A stretch of DNA of 64,000 nt from IMG/VR virus record IMGVR_UViG_3300042691_038938; one strand, given 5' to 3'. Positions 54,196 to 62,260 of this stretch are shown here, piece after piece (position 1 is the stretch's first letter; each line of letters begins with the position of its first letter). This DNA comes from a virus. Lineage: Duplodnaviria > Caudoviricetes. The translations under genes and the position numbers were made by a program. The notes beneath the pieces are model-generated. The model did no database searches and had not been told where the DNA came from. It saw only the letters and a program-made list of their open reading frames with translations.

Positions 54196-54905
54196 TTGAT
54201 TCGCATTTTTTCTAGCGATGCCTTCACGATCTGGCTGACACGAACGTTTGACATGTCGTAGCGCTCAGCGATCGCATCAGTCGGCATCTCATACTCTCGG
54301 TCTATGCCGAAGTAGTCCATCACGATCAGGCGGTCACGTTCCTTTAGGGAGCTTAAGACCTTCTTTACCTTGAACTTGATGTCGTCGATCTCGATCTCAG
54401 ACTCAGTTTGGGATGGAGAGTGTAGGATGAGGTCGCCTAGAGACGTGCCGCCTTCTTCTCCTACTCGATCGTCGATGTAGGCACGCTTGGGTTCTTCGAC
54501 CTCCTCATGATTCATCTTGGCCTTGTAGATCTCGTATTCCTGGTTGTGAGGCAGTCTCACTATCCGGCCCGTCTTAGCGACTGCTTCGTTAAGTCGTTTA
54601 CGAATCCATAGGCTCGCGTATGAAATGAATCTCTGACCCTCTTTGGGCTTGAAGTTCTTTGCGGCTTCCATCAAGCCGATGTTGCCCTCTTGGATGAGGT
54701 CGTCGATGGGCACTCCTTGACCTATGTGGCGGTTTGCAAGCTTCACCACGAATTTTAGGTTGGCCTGTACGAGCTCGTTAAGTGCCATACGATCTCCCTC
54801 TTGGATTAGTTTTACCAGTTCGATCTCACGATCGTGCGTCACTGGCGTGCTCTTTTGAATAGTACGAAAGTACTTTGGCAAGTTTTCTGAAGTTTCAAAT
54901 CTCAT
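54192..54905 (-). CDS. Sigma70-family factor, Bacteroidota RpoD-like, shortened region 3
   Basis: ANLKFVV, DLIQEGNIGL, RFISYASLWIR, IVRLPHNQ, C-terminal HTH RVSQI. Confidence 0.9.
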   Translation of the reverse strand: MRFETSENLPKYFRTIQKSTPVTHDREIELVKLIQEGDRMALNELVQANLKFVVKLANRHIGQGVPIDDLIQEGNIGLMEAAKNFKPKEGQRFISYASLWIRKRLNEAVAKTGRIVRLPHNQEYEIYKAKMNHEEVEEPKRAYIDDRVGEEGGTSLGDLILHSPSQTESEIEIDDIKFKVKKVLSSLKERDRLIVMDYFGIDREYEMPTDAIAERYDMSNVRVSQIVKASLEKMRIN

Positions 54906-54967
54906 GTTCTTTATGTTTTTAAGTTATATAGTAAATTTAACAAATTACTCTGATTCTGTACAATCCT
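54906..54967 (-). promoter_or_regulatory. Repeated early-type promoter element 9 (no GAGAC box)
   Basis: -35 lies in the last codons of 54945-55154. Confidence 0.75.
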
Positions 54968-55154
54968 GTTCGTTTAATTTTCCGCTTTTTACCAGAGACC
55001 AATACTGCTCTTCCGTGATCCGAACTCCACCGAGTAGATCGAGTTGCACGCAGTCTGAACAGGTCACTGCCTCTGAATTGATGTCCACCTTAGGTACGAT
55101 GTTACCGCATCTCTTACACGCTAACTGCTTAAATGTCTTGCTTAAATTCTTCAT
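54945..55154 (-). CDS. Zn-ribbon protein
   Basis: CKRCG...CSDC. Confidence 0.7.
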   Translation of the reverse strand: MKNLSKTFKQLACKRCGNIVPKVDINSEAVTCSDCVQLDLLGGVRITEEQYWSLVKSGKLNEQDCTESE

Positions 55155-55178
55155 CTTTTCTGCTTTTTTCTTTTTATA

Positions 55179-55415
55179 TTATACTCTGTTTTTTGGCTTA
55201 AGTTTAGCCTTTTCAAATCGTTCTAGCTCTATCTCGGCTCTGAGCTTGGCTCCCTCTAGGGTCTCCTCCCACTCATCTGCAGGTAGGAACTTGGAGACCT
55301 CATCGATCCGGATGTAGATCGAGAGCACCTTCTCTTCGCGGTTCATTAGGATCCAACATCGGACCTTGTCCTGTTGACCCTCGACTATCCTGTCTCTGAC
55401 TGGTCCCCACTTCAT
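55179..55415 (-). CDS. Hypothetical protein
   Basis: ATGA overlap. Confidence 0.65.
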   Translation of the reverse strand: MKWGPVRDRIVEGQQDKVRCWILMNREEKVLSIYIRIDEVSKFLPADEWEETLEGAKLRAEIELERFEKAKLKPKNRV

Positions 55416-55645
55416 ATGTGGGAGGTTTTTGAGTATTCAGTAAAGTACCAATTAGTCAGCGTCGCGTGATCCTCACCGCTTAGTCGACTCGTCTCGTCGG
55501 TGATTCCATAGGTGACCTTACGTACGAAGTCGTCAGAATCAATTGCGATCTCAAACATCGTGTGGAGAAAGTCTAGGATCTCTTCGAGCTCGACCTGAGT
55601 ATAGATCCCCTCATATTCTGTCGTTATCGTCTTCATCGCAATCAT
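55412..55645 (-). CDS. Hypothetical protein
   Basis: ATGA overlap. Confidence 0.65.
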   Translation of the reverse strand: MIAMKTITTEYEGIYTQVELEEILDFLHTMFEIAIDSDDFVRKVTYGITDETSRLSGEDHATLTNWYFTEYSKTSHI

Positions 55646-55767
55646 ACTTTAGCTCCACAATCACTGCATCTCACTAGCTGTATTCCCGATACGTGTCGTA
55701 CTGCCACATAGGTTCTCTTGTGCTCGCACTTAGGTTTTTCTACCTGCTTTTCTTTTGAATTTTCCAT
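55642..55767 (-). CDS. 41-aa Cys-containing peptide (not in ORF track)
   Basis: MENSKEKQVEKPKCEH...RCSDCGAKV; right after promoter, ATGA overlap downstream. Confidence 0.65.
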   Translation of the reverse strand: MENSKEKQVEKPKCEHKRTYVAVRHVSGIQLVRCSDCGAKV

Positions 55768-55849
55768 TTTGCTTTGTTTTTAAGTTATAAGTAAATATAA
55801 TTATTATTCTGCAATAAGTACAATCCTGGTGCGATAAAAATCGGGAGAC
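55768..55849 (-). promoter_or_regulatory. Repeated early-type promoter element 10
   Basis: Same consensus. Confidence 0.85.
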
Positions 55850-55868
55850 CCTGTATAACAGCACAAAG

Positions 55869-55889
55869 AAAAGGCTCCGCTTGGGAGCC
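55869..55889 (-). terminator. Rho-independent terminator
   Basis: GGCTCC-N5-GGAGCC plus T-tract on -. Confidence 0.7.
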
Positions 55890-55896
55890 GTGTTTC

Positions 55897-56364
55897 TTAT
55901 CCGTGATAAGATTCAATCTTGAACCAGATCTCGTAGCCGTTTGCGATCCTGTCCTGTCGACCGTTTCGGGTCCAGAACCAGTCGTGAATGAACTCGCCCT
56001 TGATCTTCTTAACGTCGATCACGAACGGTGTCTCATCAAGGTATCCCAAGACTACTTCGACTGGCTCCTTAAACTCAAGCACTGCCTCATGACTCCACCT
56101 GTTCTCTCGGATAATCTTTACTCCATCGTAAAACTCGATTTGAGTCTTGTCCTTTTTTCTGGTGAGACGGTTAATCCAGTGGCTTGCTCCCTCCTCATCC
56201 AGTGCATTCGCGTCTCTCGTGTAGGATGCCACGGTTGGATAAGTACCATCATCAGTATCCTGAGATATTTCGAATAACATGCAGTTATTACCAAAGTCCA
56301 TCTTAATTCCTTTAAGCGGGCCGTCTCCATCGAGCAGGCTCCAGATGCTGTGTGTTGTTTTCAT
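55897..56364 (-). CDS. Hypothetical protein
   Basis: 155 aa. Confidence 0.7.
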   Translation of the reverse strand: MKTTHSIWSLLDGDGPLKGIKMDFGNNCMLFEISQDTDDGTYPTVASYTRDANALDEEGASHWINRLTRKKDKTQIEFYDGVKIIRENRWSHEAVLEFKEPVEVVLGYLDETPFVIDVKKIKGEFIHDWFWTRNGRQDRIANGYEIWFKIESYHG

Positions 56365-56447
56365 GCTGCTTTCGTTTTTAAGTTATAGTTAAATATAATC
56401 ATTAAGTCTGAATCTTAACAATCCGGTAGCGAAAACTTTTAAGAGAC
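56365..56447 (-). promoter_or_regulatory. Repeated early-type promoter element 11
   Basis: GTCTC box overlaps the stop of 56439-56828. Confidence 0.8.
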
Positions 56448-56828
56448 ATGTTCCGCCTCTTCCTTCAAGTAGTTATCGAAGTTGACTAATAGGAACTGGC
56501 CGTAGCTTTTAAAGTACTCTTCAACGATTCGTTCTATACGACGGAGAGAACTCGCTCTGACCTTTGACTCGTCTCCTTCGCAGACAAGCACCCACCACCC
56601 GTTACTGCGACCGGCAAAGCTCCAATCAGTAATGAACGGATAGTCACTCTCCATTATCTTCTCGAAACACTGTTCTGAGTGATAGTTAGTATAGAACCCG
56701 TCCTCCCACTCGTATTGTAGGAGTTCCTCATGAGCTTCAGTTAGGGGCAAAGTAGGAAACTTCACGTCGAACTCAATGGTGAAGTCACAGTGAAAGTCTC
56801 TTTTGTGTCTGTTAAATACTGCTTCCAT
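56439..56828 (-). CDS. Hypothetical protein
   Basis: WSFAGRSNGWWV. Confidence 0.7.
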   Translation of the reverse strand: MEAVFNRHKRDFHCDFTIEFDVKFPTLPLTEAHEELLQYEWEDGFYTNYHSEQCFEKIMESDYPFITDWSFAGRSNGWWVLVCEGDESKVRASSLRRIERIVEEYFKSYGQFLLVNFDNYLKEEAEHVS

Positions 56829-56844
56829 TTCTTCTTGTTTTAGG

Positions 56845-57090
56845 TTATGAAAATCTTAAAAATTCTACTGATCCTGTATGGATGAACGCAATCGATCCGT
56901 CTCCGAACTGGATGCCGATTGTGTGTTCGTCGGCTGAACAGACGGTCACGTCGATCTCGTCTCCTTTCGCGAAGGCCTCCTCGACCGGTTTGTGTAGCTC
57001 GATATCCTCGTTCTCAAAGACCTCAATGAGAGTGTCTCCTAAGAACATGAATACTACGTCGTCCCCTTCTTCAAAGTCTTGTGTTTTCAT
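56845..57090 (-). CDS. Acidic hypothetical protein
   Basis: 81 aa. Confidence 0.7.
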   Translation of the reverse strand: MKTQDFEEGDDVVFMFLGDTLIEVFENEDIELHKPVEEAFAKGDEIDVTVCSADEHTIGIQFGDGSIAFIHTGSVEFLRFS

Positions 57091-57172
57091 GCTTTTAAGT
57101 TTTTAAGTTATAGTTAAATATAATACTAATCTTTGAGTCGTGAAAATTGGGCGGCGACAAAAGTAGGGAGAC
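57091..57172 (-). promoter_or_regulatory. Repeated early-type promoter element 12
   Basis: Same consensus, divergent -35. Confidence 0.8.
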
Positions 57173-57189
57173 GCGTCGCCCAGACCGGA

Positions 57190-57534
57190 TCAGACTTGAT
57201 CTAGGACGAGGTCGATGAATTTTTGAAAGTCGTCTTTCTCTAGGTCATCAAAGGAGACGGGAGCCTCGATCAAGGCTTGCATCATTAGACGAGCTTCTTC
57301 CTCAGTATTCGCAGCGACTGGGAAAGGCGTAGCATCCCAAAAGAACTGAATGAGCCCTTCCTCATAGATGCTGATTATCGGCGGACACGCTTCGTCAGGA
57401 AAATCGATAATGGGTTCGTAACAAGTAAAGTGGCCAAACTCCTCGTTCTCACATCCCTCATCCTCCCTAGAATCAAAGGTTTGAACGAGCTTGATTCCAA
57501 ATAATTCTTCTACTTTTTCTTTTACTTCTTGCAT
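57190..57534 (-). CDS. Acidic hypothetical protein
   Basis: 114 aa. Confidence 0.7.
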   Translation of the reverse strand: MQEVKEKVEELFGIKLVQTFDSREDEGCENEEFGHFTCYEPIIDFPDEACPPIISIYEEGLIQFFWDATPFPVAANTEEEARLMMQALIEAPVSFDDLEKDDFQKFIDLVLDQV

Positions 57535-57614
57535 CTTTTTGTTTTTAAGTTATAGTTAAATATAACAACTATTCTCCAATCTATAAAATCCTGGTTTGGG
57601 AAAAGTCGGGAGAC
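57535..57614 (-). promoter_or_regulatory. Repeated early-type promoter element 13
   Basis: Same consensus. Confidence 0.85.
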
Positions 57615-57644
57615 TCTTTTGACAGGTCTTGACAGAGCACAAAG

Positions 57645-57670
57645 AAAAAGGGACCGATTTCTCGATCCCC
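57645..57670 (-). terminator. Rho-independent terminator
   Basis: GGGATCGA-GAAA-TCGGTCCC plus T-tract on -. Confidence 0.7.
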
Positions 57671-57713
57671 GTTCCTACAACTTAAAACAACTTCTTTGTT
57701 ACTACGGAGTAAA

Positions 57714-57965
57714 CTATTTAAGTCCCTTTGCCCCGTTGTATATCTTCTCTGCCTTTGTATAATCGTACTCAGCAGCTATTAGTGCTCCTATCTCCTGGGA
57801 GAAATTGGTCCTAAAGAATTTTAGATTCTCCGGAGTGTCGTTCACGTAGGGCACCATCTCGTGCAGGACGGGTAACCTCTCCTTTAGACTCAGTCTCTTG
57901 AGGTACTGTCTTACCGTGTCCTGTGCCCCGACCTTGATCAGGTTTATCGCTTTGTCCACTCTCAT
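57714..57965 (-). CDS. Hypothetical protein
   Basis: ATGA overlap. Confidence 0.65.
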   Translation of the reverse strand: MRVDKAINLIKVGAQDTVRQYLKRLSLKERLPVLHEMVPYVNDTPENLKFFRTNFSQEIGALIAAEYDYTKAEKIYNGAKGLK

Positions 57966-58276
57966 GCTACGTATCCTTGGTTATAGACTAAGTATACATA
58001 AAATCGGATGGCGTTTAAATTGATTGAGTCGGCTCTTCCCACTGTCTCCATCAAGTTGTTATCGACTATCGCCTGCACAAAGCTTCCGCCTGGAAATCCC
58101 ACTCCCCACTTGGTGCTCAGTATGGAGACGCCGATCCTAGTGACGTGTTCTCTACTTTCGTTGAACGCTATCGCCTGTCCAAATGCGAGGTCGTGTCCCC
58201 ACGAGTAATACTCATCGATTCGCTTGGAAACGACCTCTGCTATTCTCTCCTCTTGTCCTTCAGTGTATGCTGCCAT
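57962..58276 (-). CDS. Conserved phage hypothetical protein
   Basis: PGGSFVQAIVDNNL...VGRADSIN. Confidence 0.7.
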   Translation of the reverse strand: MAAYTEGQEERIAEVVSKRIDEYYSWGHDLAFGQAIAFNESREHVTRIGVSILSTKWGVGFPGGSFVQAIVDNNLMETVGRADSINLNAIRFYVYLVYNQGYVA

Positions 58277-58335
58277 CTTTTTTGTTTTAAGTTATATAGT
58301 AAATATACTAAATTCTCTAGTGCTTGTACAATCCT
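58277..58335 (-). promoter_or_regulatory. Repeated early-type promoter element 14 (no GAGAC box)
   Basis: -35, -10 and leader conserved. Confidence 0.8.
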
Positions 58336-58696
58336 AGCGTAAACTCTTTAAGAAATCTTTGTCGACTCTGTGGAGTTCTATCTCTGCAATCTGGAGACCG
58401 TCAAACCCCATTCCTATTAGAGCCTGCTTAAATGGTACCCATACGTTCTCTTTGTGTGGTACGCCGCTTGCATATCCATGATAATCTCTCGTGCCCCATA
58501 CGGCAACGACTGCCTTGGCTCTTCGTACCAATTTAACGGGGTCTTTGATGAGCTTAGACTGCTTCTCAGCTAGACTCTGGATAGGCGAGCCATTACCATA
58601 AAACCAGTTTCGCATGCCGTGTTTGTAGAAGTCCATCTCCAGTGCACGGTGATAGTCCTTTGTTTGAGGTTCAATTGATGTTACCTGTAAATTCAT
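58334..58696 (-). CDS. Hypothetical protein
   Basis: Start moved to MNLQVTS after the promoter leader. Confidence 0.7.
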   Translation of the reverse strand: MNLQVTSIEPQTKDYHRALEMDFYKHGMRNWFYGNGSPIQSLAEKQSKLIKDPVKLVRRAKAVVAVWGTRDYHGYASGVPHKENVWVPFKQALIGMGFDGLQIAEIELHRVDKDFLKSLR

Positions 58697-58777
58697 TGTG
58701 CTTGTTTTTAAGTTATAAGTAAATGTAATAATAATAACTGATAATGTACAATTAGTCGGCCCTAAAAGCCGAGAGAC
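58697..58777 (-). promoter_or_regulatory. Repeated early-type promoter element 15
   Basis: Same consensus. Confidence 0.8.
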
Positions 58778-58792
58778 GCTGGGATACTGGGC

Positions 58793-58819
58793 AAAAAAAG
58801 ATCCCGATTTCTCGGGATC
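58793..58819 (-). terminator. Rho-independent terminator
   Basis: GATCCCGA-GAAA-TCGGGATC plus T7 on -. Confidence 0.8.
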
Positions 58820-58829
58820 AAATTGAGTC

Positions 58830-59321
58830 TTATAATGGCGGACCTCCGAACCACCATCTACCTCGTTGATATGTTTCACAAGGACCAAGTCGATCTCGAA
58901 TCTCTTGAGTACATTTTGGATTGTTTAGCACGTAATAGCGAATCGCATCGTTCTTCTCATGGCTTAGGATCTCAAGAAGGTTCTCTGGGATCTCCTCATT
59001 TTTTGCGAGCATACGTTTGACGTCGGGCCGATCGTTAATGAGATTGGCTAGGACGTCCGCTGGAGTCGACGGATTTCCTGCGACTCTTGATCGAATCACA
59101 CTGCTTCGATCCTTCGAAAGCTTTCGTAAGACGTCGCTTGGACACGTTCGGTTTTTGGCAACGATATCCTTGAAAGTGGTCGAGCTCAATGACTCCAATG
59201 CCATTGGGTCGGATGTCGTCTCCGCGATGGTGCTTAACCGTACACCCTTGTCGATCGAGGTCAATGTACGATCTCTTTTGATTTTTTTAATTTGGTCTAA
59301 GACGCTCATGTTTTCTTGCAT
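58830..59321 (-). CDS. Leucine-rich-variant (LRV/HEAT-like) repeat protein
   Basis: VAKNRTCPSDVL, VAGNPSTPADVL, LAKNEEIPENLL, VLNNPKC. Confidence 0.75.
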   Translation of the reverse strand: MQENMSVLDQIKKIKRDRTLTSIDKGVRLSTIAETTSDPMALESLSSTTFKDIVAKNRTCPSDVLRKLSKDRSSVIRSRVAGNPSTPADVLANLINDRPDVKRMLAKNEEIPENLLEILSHEKNDAIRYYVLNNPKCTQEIRDRLGPCETYQRGRWWFGGPPL

Positions 59322-59404
59322 AGCTTTTAAGCTTTTAAGTTATGTATAAATATAACAATAATAACGAGTAATGTACAATCCTGGCCGAAAGACTTTTGGG
59401 AGAC
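59322..59404 (-). promoter_or_regulatory. Repeated early-type promoter element 16
   Basis: Same consensus. Confidence 0.85.
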
Positions 59405-59412
59405 CTGTAGAT

Positions 59413-59943
59413 CTATTTCACAAAGAGCGTGCAATTGGTGTAAGGAAAGGAATGTTCTCCAAGCTTTACCTCAAGCTCCTCGAGGTCGAACCCCATCTCC
59501 TCACAAACAGAAGATATTGTCTCAGGACTAGCTTCATTTGGAACCTGGAACCCGCTCACCTTAAGAAACTTGAGAGCTGCATCTAGCCTAGCTTGCTCCT
59601 CATTAAGGGACTCAACGGTCGTCACCATCGATGCGGTGCCTAGGGGCAGGCTAGAGTAGCGGTTTGCCAGTATCGCAACTGAGAAAGTCTCCGTCTCATC
59701 AGGAACGGTAGGAACTTCAGCTCCCTCAAGGAAATTGAGAAGATCACCTACTTTCTCGACGTCCTCTAATTCTTCAGGAATCTTTACTCCAAACTTTTTC
59801 TCGAGCTTTATGATTACCTCGACGATGTCCAATGCATCCATTCTAAGATCGTCCATTAGGCTCGTGTTCTCGTCGATCTCAGCGCACACTGCATACTCCT
59901 CAACGTGAAGTCTAATTATCTCAAATACTTTTTCTTTTAACAT
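59413..59943 (-). CDS. Acyl-carrier-protein-like domain (Ser to Ala) fused to an unknown domain
   Basis: EKVFEII...DDLRMDALDIVEVIIKLEKKFGVKIPEE...KVGDL. Confidence 0.8.
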   Translation of the reverse strand: MLKEKVFEIIRLHVEEYAVCAEIDENTSLMDDLRMDALDIVEVIIKLEKKFGVKIPEELEDVEKVGDLLNFLEGAEVPTVPDETETFSVAILANRYSSLPLGTASMVTTVESLNEEQARLDAALKFLKVSGFQVPNEASPETISSVCEEMGFDLEELEVKLGEHSFPYTNCTLFVK

Positions 59944-60024
59944 GGTGGTAGGTTTTAAGTTATAAGTAAATATAACTACGATCCCTGAATAAGTACAATC
60001 CTGTGATGGGTAAATTCAGGAGAC
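59944..60024 (-). promoter_or_regulatory. Repeated early-type promoter element 17
   Basis: Same consensus. Confidence 0.85.
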
Positions 60025-60068
60025 CAGTTGGATCCAGTCTTGATCCAACGTACTACGGAGTAAACGAC

Positions 60069-60091
60069 AAAGGGTCAGCTCCCGCTGACCC
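60069..60091 (-). terminator. Repeated terminator module A
   Basis: GGGTCAGC-GGGA-GCTGACCC-TTTG. Confidence 0.75.
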
Positions 60092-60115
60092 CAGTCTCTA
60101 ACCTAAAACAACTTC

Positions 60116-60310
60116 TTAATATTCGCCTTTGTCGTATTCCTTTTTCAAGAGTTCAACGATCATTTCTCTCTCCTCCTCTAACATTCTGTTGTTGGCGAAG
60201 GAAACTAGGATGTCGGCAACGGTTAGCCCATGTTCTCCTGAGTCTACCATTCCTACTAGGATTTCTCCAAGGACGTCGTTTCGTGTTGATTCGTTTGCTG
60301 ATTTTTCCAT
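60116..60310 (-). CDS. Hypothetical protein
   Basis: 64 aa ending EY-stop. Confidence 0.65.
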   Translation of the reverse strand: MEKSANESTRNDVLGEILVGMVDSGEHGLTVADILVSFANNRMLEEEREMIVELLKKEYDKGEY

Positions 60311-60318
60311 GGGTTCTA

Positions 60319-60708
60319 TTATTTAAAGAGTGCAATTATCTTATTCTCAAGCTCACGATCGAACGCGATATCATTATTACAATCGTCATCGAACTCGTGA
60401 CTAACACATCCCGCTAAGAGGTCGAGAGCGTTTGATTCCATCTCCACTCCTTCCTCGTCCTCCCACTCGAAGTTGAAGAAGTCTCTAGAATCTCCATGCA
60501 CCACCACATCGATGGTCCCATCCTCGCGTACCCTCCATGCAGGATAGTGACTATTAAGAACGAACTCTAGTGCTTCAGCCTCAGCATCACTCTCGCACTG
60601 CTCTTCCCAATTGGCAATGAAGCTATTGACATGATTGGTGATGGCAACGTACAGTGCACTGTCGATCTTCTCTACCTCATTGTCGTTAAGAAACCTTTGA
60701 TTTGTCAT
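60319..60708 (-). CDS. Acidic hypothetical protein
   Basis: 129 aa. Confidence 0.7.
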   Translation of the reverse strand: MTNQRFLNDNEVEKIDSALYVAITNHVNSFIANWEEQCESDAEAEALEFVLNSHYPAWRVREDGTIDVVVHGDSRDFFNFEWEDEEGVEMESNALDLLAGCVSHEFDDDCNNDIAFDRELENKIIALFK

Positions 60709-60790
60709 AGTGTTTAAGTTTTAAGTTATAAGTAAATATAACAAATGCTTTCAAATAAGTACAATCCTGTGCTCAGCAAATTTGGGAGAC
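60709..60790 (-). promoter_or_regulatory. Repeated early-type promoter element 18
   Basis: Same consensus. Confidence 0.85.
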
Positions 60791-60822
60791 ACTCAGGCTT
60801 GAAGTTGAAAGGAGTTGAAACG

Positions 60823-60845
60823 AAAAAGCGGAGATTTCTCTCCGC
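60823..60845 (-). terminator. Rho-independent terminator
   Basis: GCGGAGA-GAAA-TCTCCGC plus T5 on -. Confidence 0.75.
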
Positions 60846-60850
60846 CTCGA

Positions 60851-61375
60851 CTATCCTATCTTGCTCGCTATCTGCCTCACCTTGTTGACGTAATCGGGAT
60901 CCCCTGCGTAATTCTTTTTGAGGTACTGCAAGTATTCTTCTCTCGTCTTACACTTTTTCGTGTAGGCAGCCTGGAAGAGCGCGTAGTCCATGACGCTATG
61001 CTGCCACGACTCGTACTTTGCGTGACCCTTGTATTCTCCTATCGCGGTCGTGGGTCGCTGCCTTGCCACCTTCATGCCGAAGAGGTTATTACCGTTCCTA
61101 AAGATGTTAGAGGTGAATCGCCCAGTCTCGACTATTGCTTGAGCGTAGACGATGTCATAGTACTTGACTCTCATCTCCTTCAGGGTCTCTAGAAGCTTTT
61201 CCTTGCTGAAGCTCGGATCGACTGGTTTTACGGGTTCTACTCGAGCGACTCTCTCTAACTTGAGACCCGATACTTCAGGTTTCTTTAAGAACGACAGCGA
61301 GATGATGAGTCCAAAGCAGACTCCGGTAAATCCATAAAGCAATCTTTTAAACGGTTCCATGTTTACTGTTTCCAT
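60851..61375 (-). CDS. Membrane-anchored GH73-like glucosaminidase
   Basis: TM LLYGFTGVCFGLIISLSFL; AQAIVETG, NNLFGMK, YAGDPDY; start moved to METVNM. Confidence 0.8.
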   Translation of the reverse strand: METVNMEPFKRLLYGFTGVCFGLIISLSFLKKPEVSGLKLERVARVEPVKPVDPSFSKEKLLETLKEMRVKYYDIVYAQAIVETGRFTSNIFRNGNNLFGMKVARQRPTTAIGEYKGHAKYESWQHSVMDYALFQAAYTKKCKTREEYLQYLKKNYAGDPDYVNKVRQIASKIG

Positions 61376-61456
61376 CTTTTTTGTTTTTAAGTTATGGTTA
61401 AATATAACCATTATCTTTGGATAAGTACAATCCTAGTTGCAGAAAAACTGGGAGAC
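61376..61456 (-). promoter_or_regulatory. Repeated early-type promoter element 19
   Basis: Same consensus. Confidence 0.85.
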
Positions 61457-61565
61457 TCGTCTGCTACAGGAATTCGGCTTCCCTACTTTGAGCTCGGGGC
61501 GCCATGGCACATGGGCTCTCTCGGAGTCTCAGCGGGCAGGGGCTCGGCTCTACGGAGTAAACGAC

Positions 61566-61588
61566 AAAGGGCCAGCTCTCGCTGACCC
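61566..61588 (-). terminator. Repeated terminator module B
   Basis: GGGTCAGC-GAGA-GCTGGCCC-TTTG. Confidence 0.75.
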
Positions 61589-61613
61589 CTCGTCTCTAAC
61601 CTAAAACAACTTC

Positions 61614-62006
61614 TTAATATTCCTCTTCCTCGTCGTAGTCCTCTTCTTCTCCTTTCGTATCAATCTCTATCTCACCGATCCGGATTATTCCGTCTTCCTC
61701 GCTAGTTTCAAAGTCCTCCTCAAAATCAAAGGTGTTTCCTAACGTAATTTCCAAGTGTCCCTCTGTTATATCATCGACTAGCACACAACCGATCGATCCC
61801 GAATCTACTGGATACCCGTTACCGTGCTGATCGGGATACACTCCGTCTCCGTAAGCGGTCCCATAGATCGCGAACTTGGTCCCATCCTTAAGCTCAAACT
61901 CTCCGTCCAAACAGTTGTGGTCCACGATGATGAGGTCACACACCTCAGTCCAACGGTCTCCCAAAACATAGCATAGGTCTCCAACATAATACTTGCCTGC
62001 TTTCAT
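61614..62006 (-). CDS. Conserved phage hypothetical protein
   Basis: YYVGDLCYV...GTAYGDG...VDSGSIG. Confidence 0.75.
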   Translation of the reverse strand: MKAGKYYVGDLCYVLGDRWTEVCDLIIVDHNCLDGEFELKDGTKFAIYGTAYGDGVYPDQHGNGYPVDSGSIGCVLVDDITEGHLEITLGNTFDFEEDFETSEEDGIIRIGEIEIDTKGEEEDYDEEEEY

Positions 62007-62089
62007 ACTCTTTTAGTTTTTAAGTTATAGTTAAATATAATCATTTCTTTCTAATCTTGACAATCCTGCATCGGATAAAGTCGGGAGAC
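62007..62089 (-). promoter_or_regulatory. Repeated early-type promoter element 20
   Basis: Same consensus. Confidence 0.85.
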
Positions 62090-62122
62090 CTGCTCCCATT
62101 CTTCTACTACGGAGTAAACGAC

Positions 62123-62145
62123 AAAGGGTCAGCTCCCGCTGACCC
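62123..62145 (-). terminator. Repeated terminator module C
   Basis: Identical to module A. Confidence 0.75.
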
Positions 62146-62151
62146 CAGTCT

Positions 62152-62256
62152 CTAACTCAATATGAATCTGATTATGTTTCCGATAATGATGAACGATCCC
62201 AATAGGATCAGGATCGCCCACATGATTTGCTCGAATAACTCGCTTCCTCTTCTCAT
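62152..62256 (-). CDS. 34-aa membrane peptide (not in ORF track)
   Basis: MRRGSELFEQIMWAILILLGSFIIIGNIIRFILS. Confidence 0.5.
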   Translation of the reverse strand: MRRGSELFEQIMWAILILLGSFIIIGNIIRFILS

Positions 62257-62260
62257 GACT

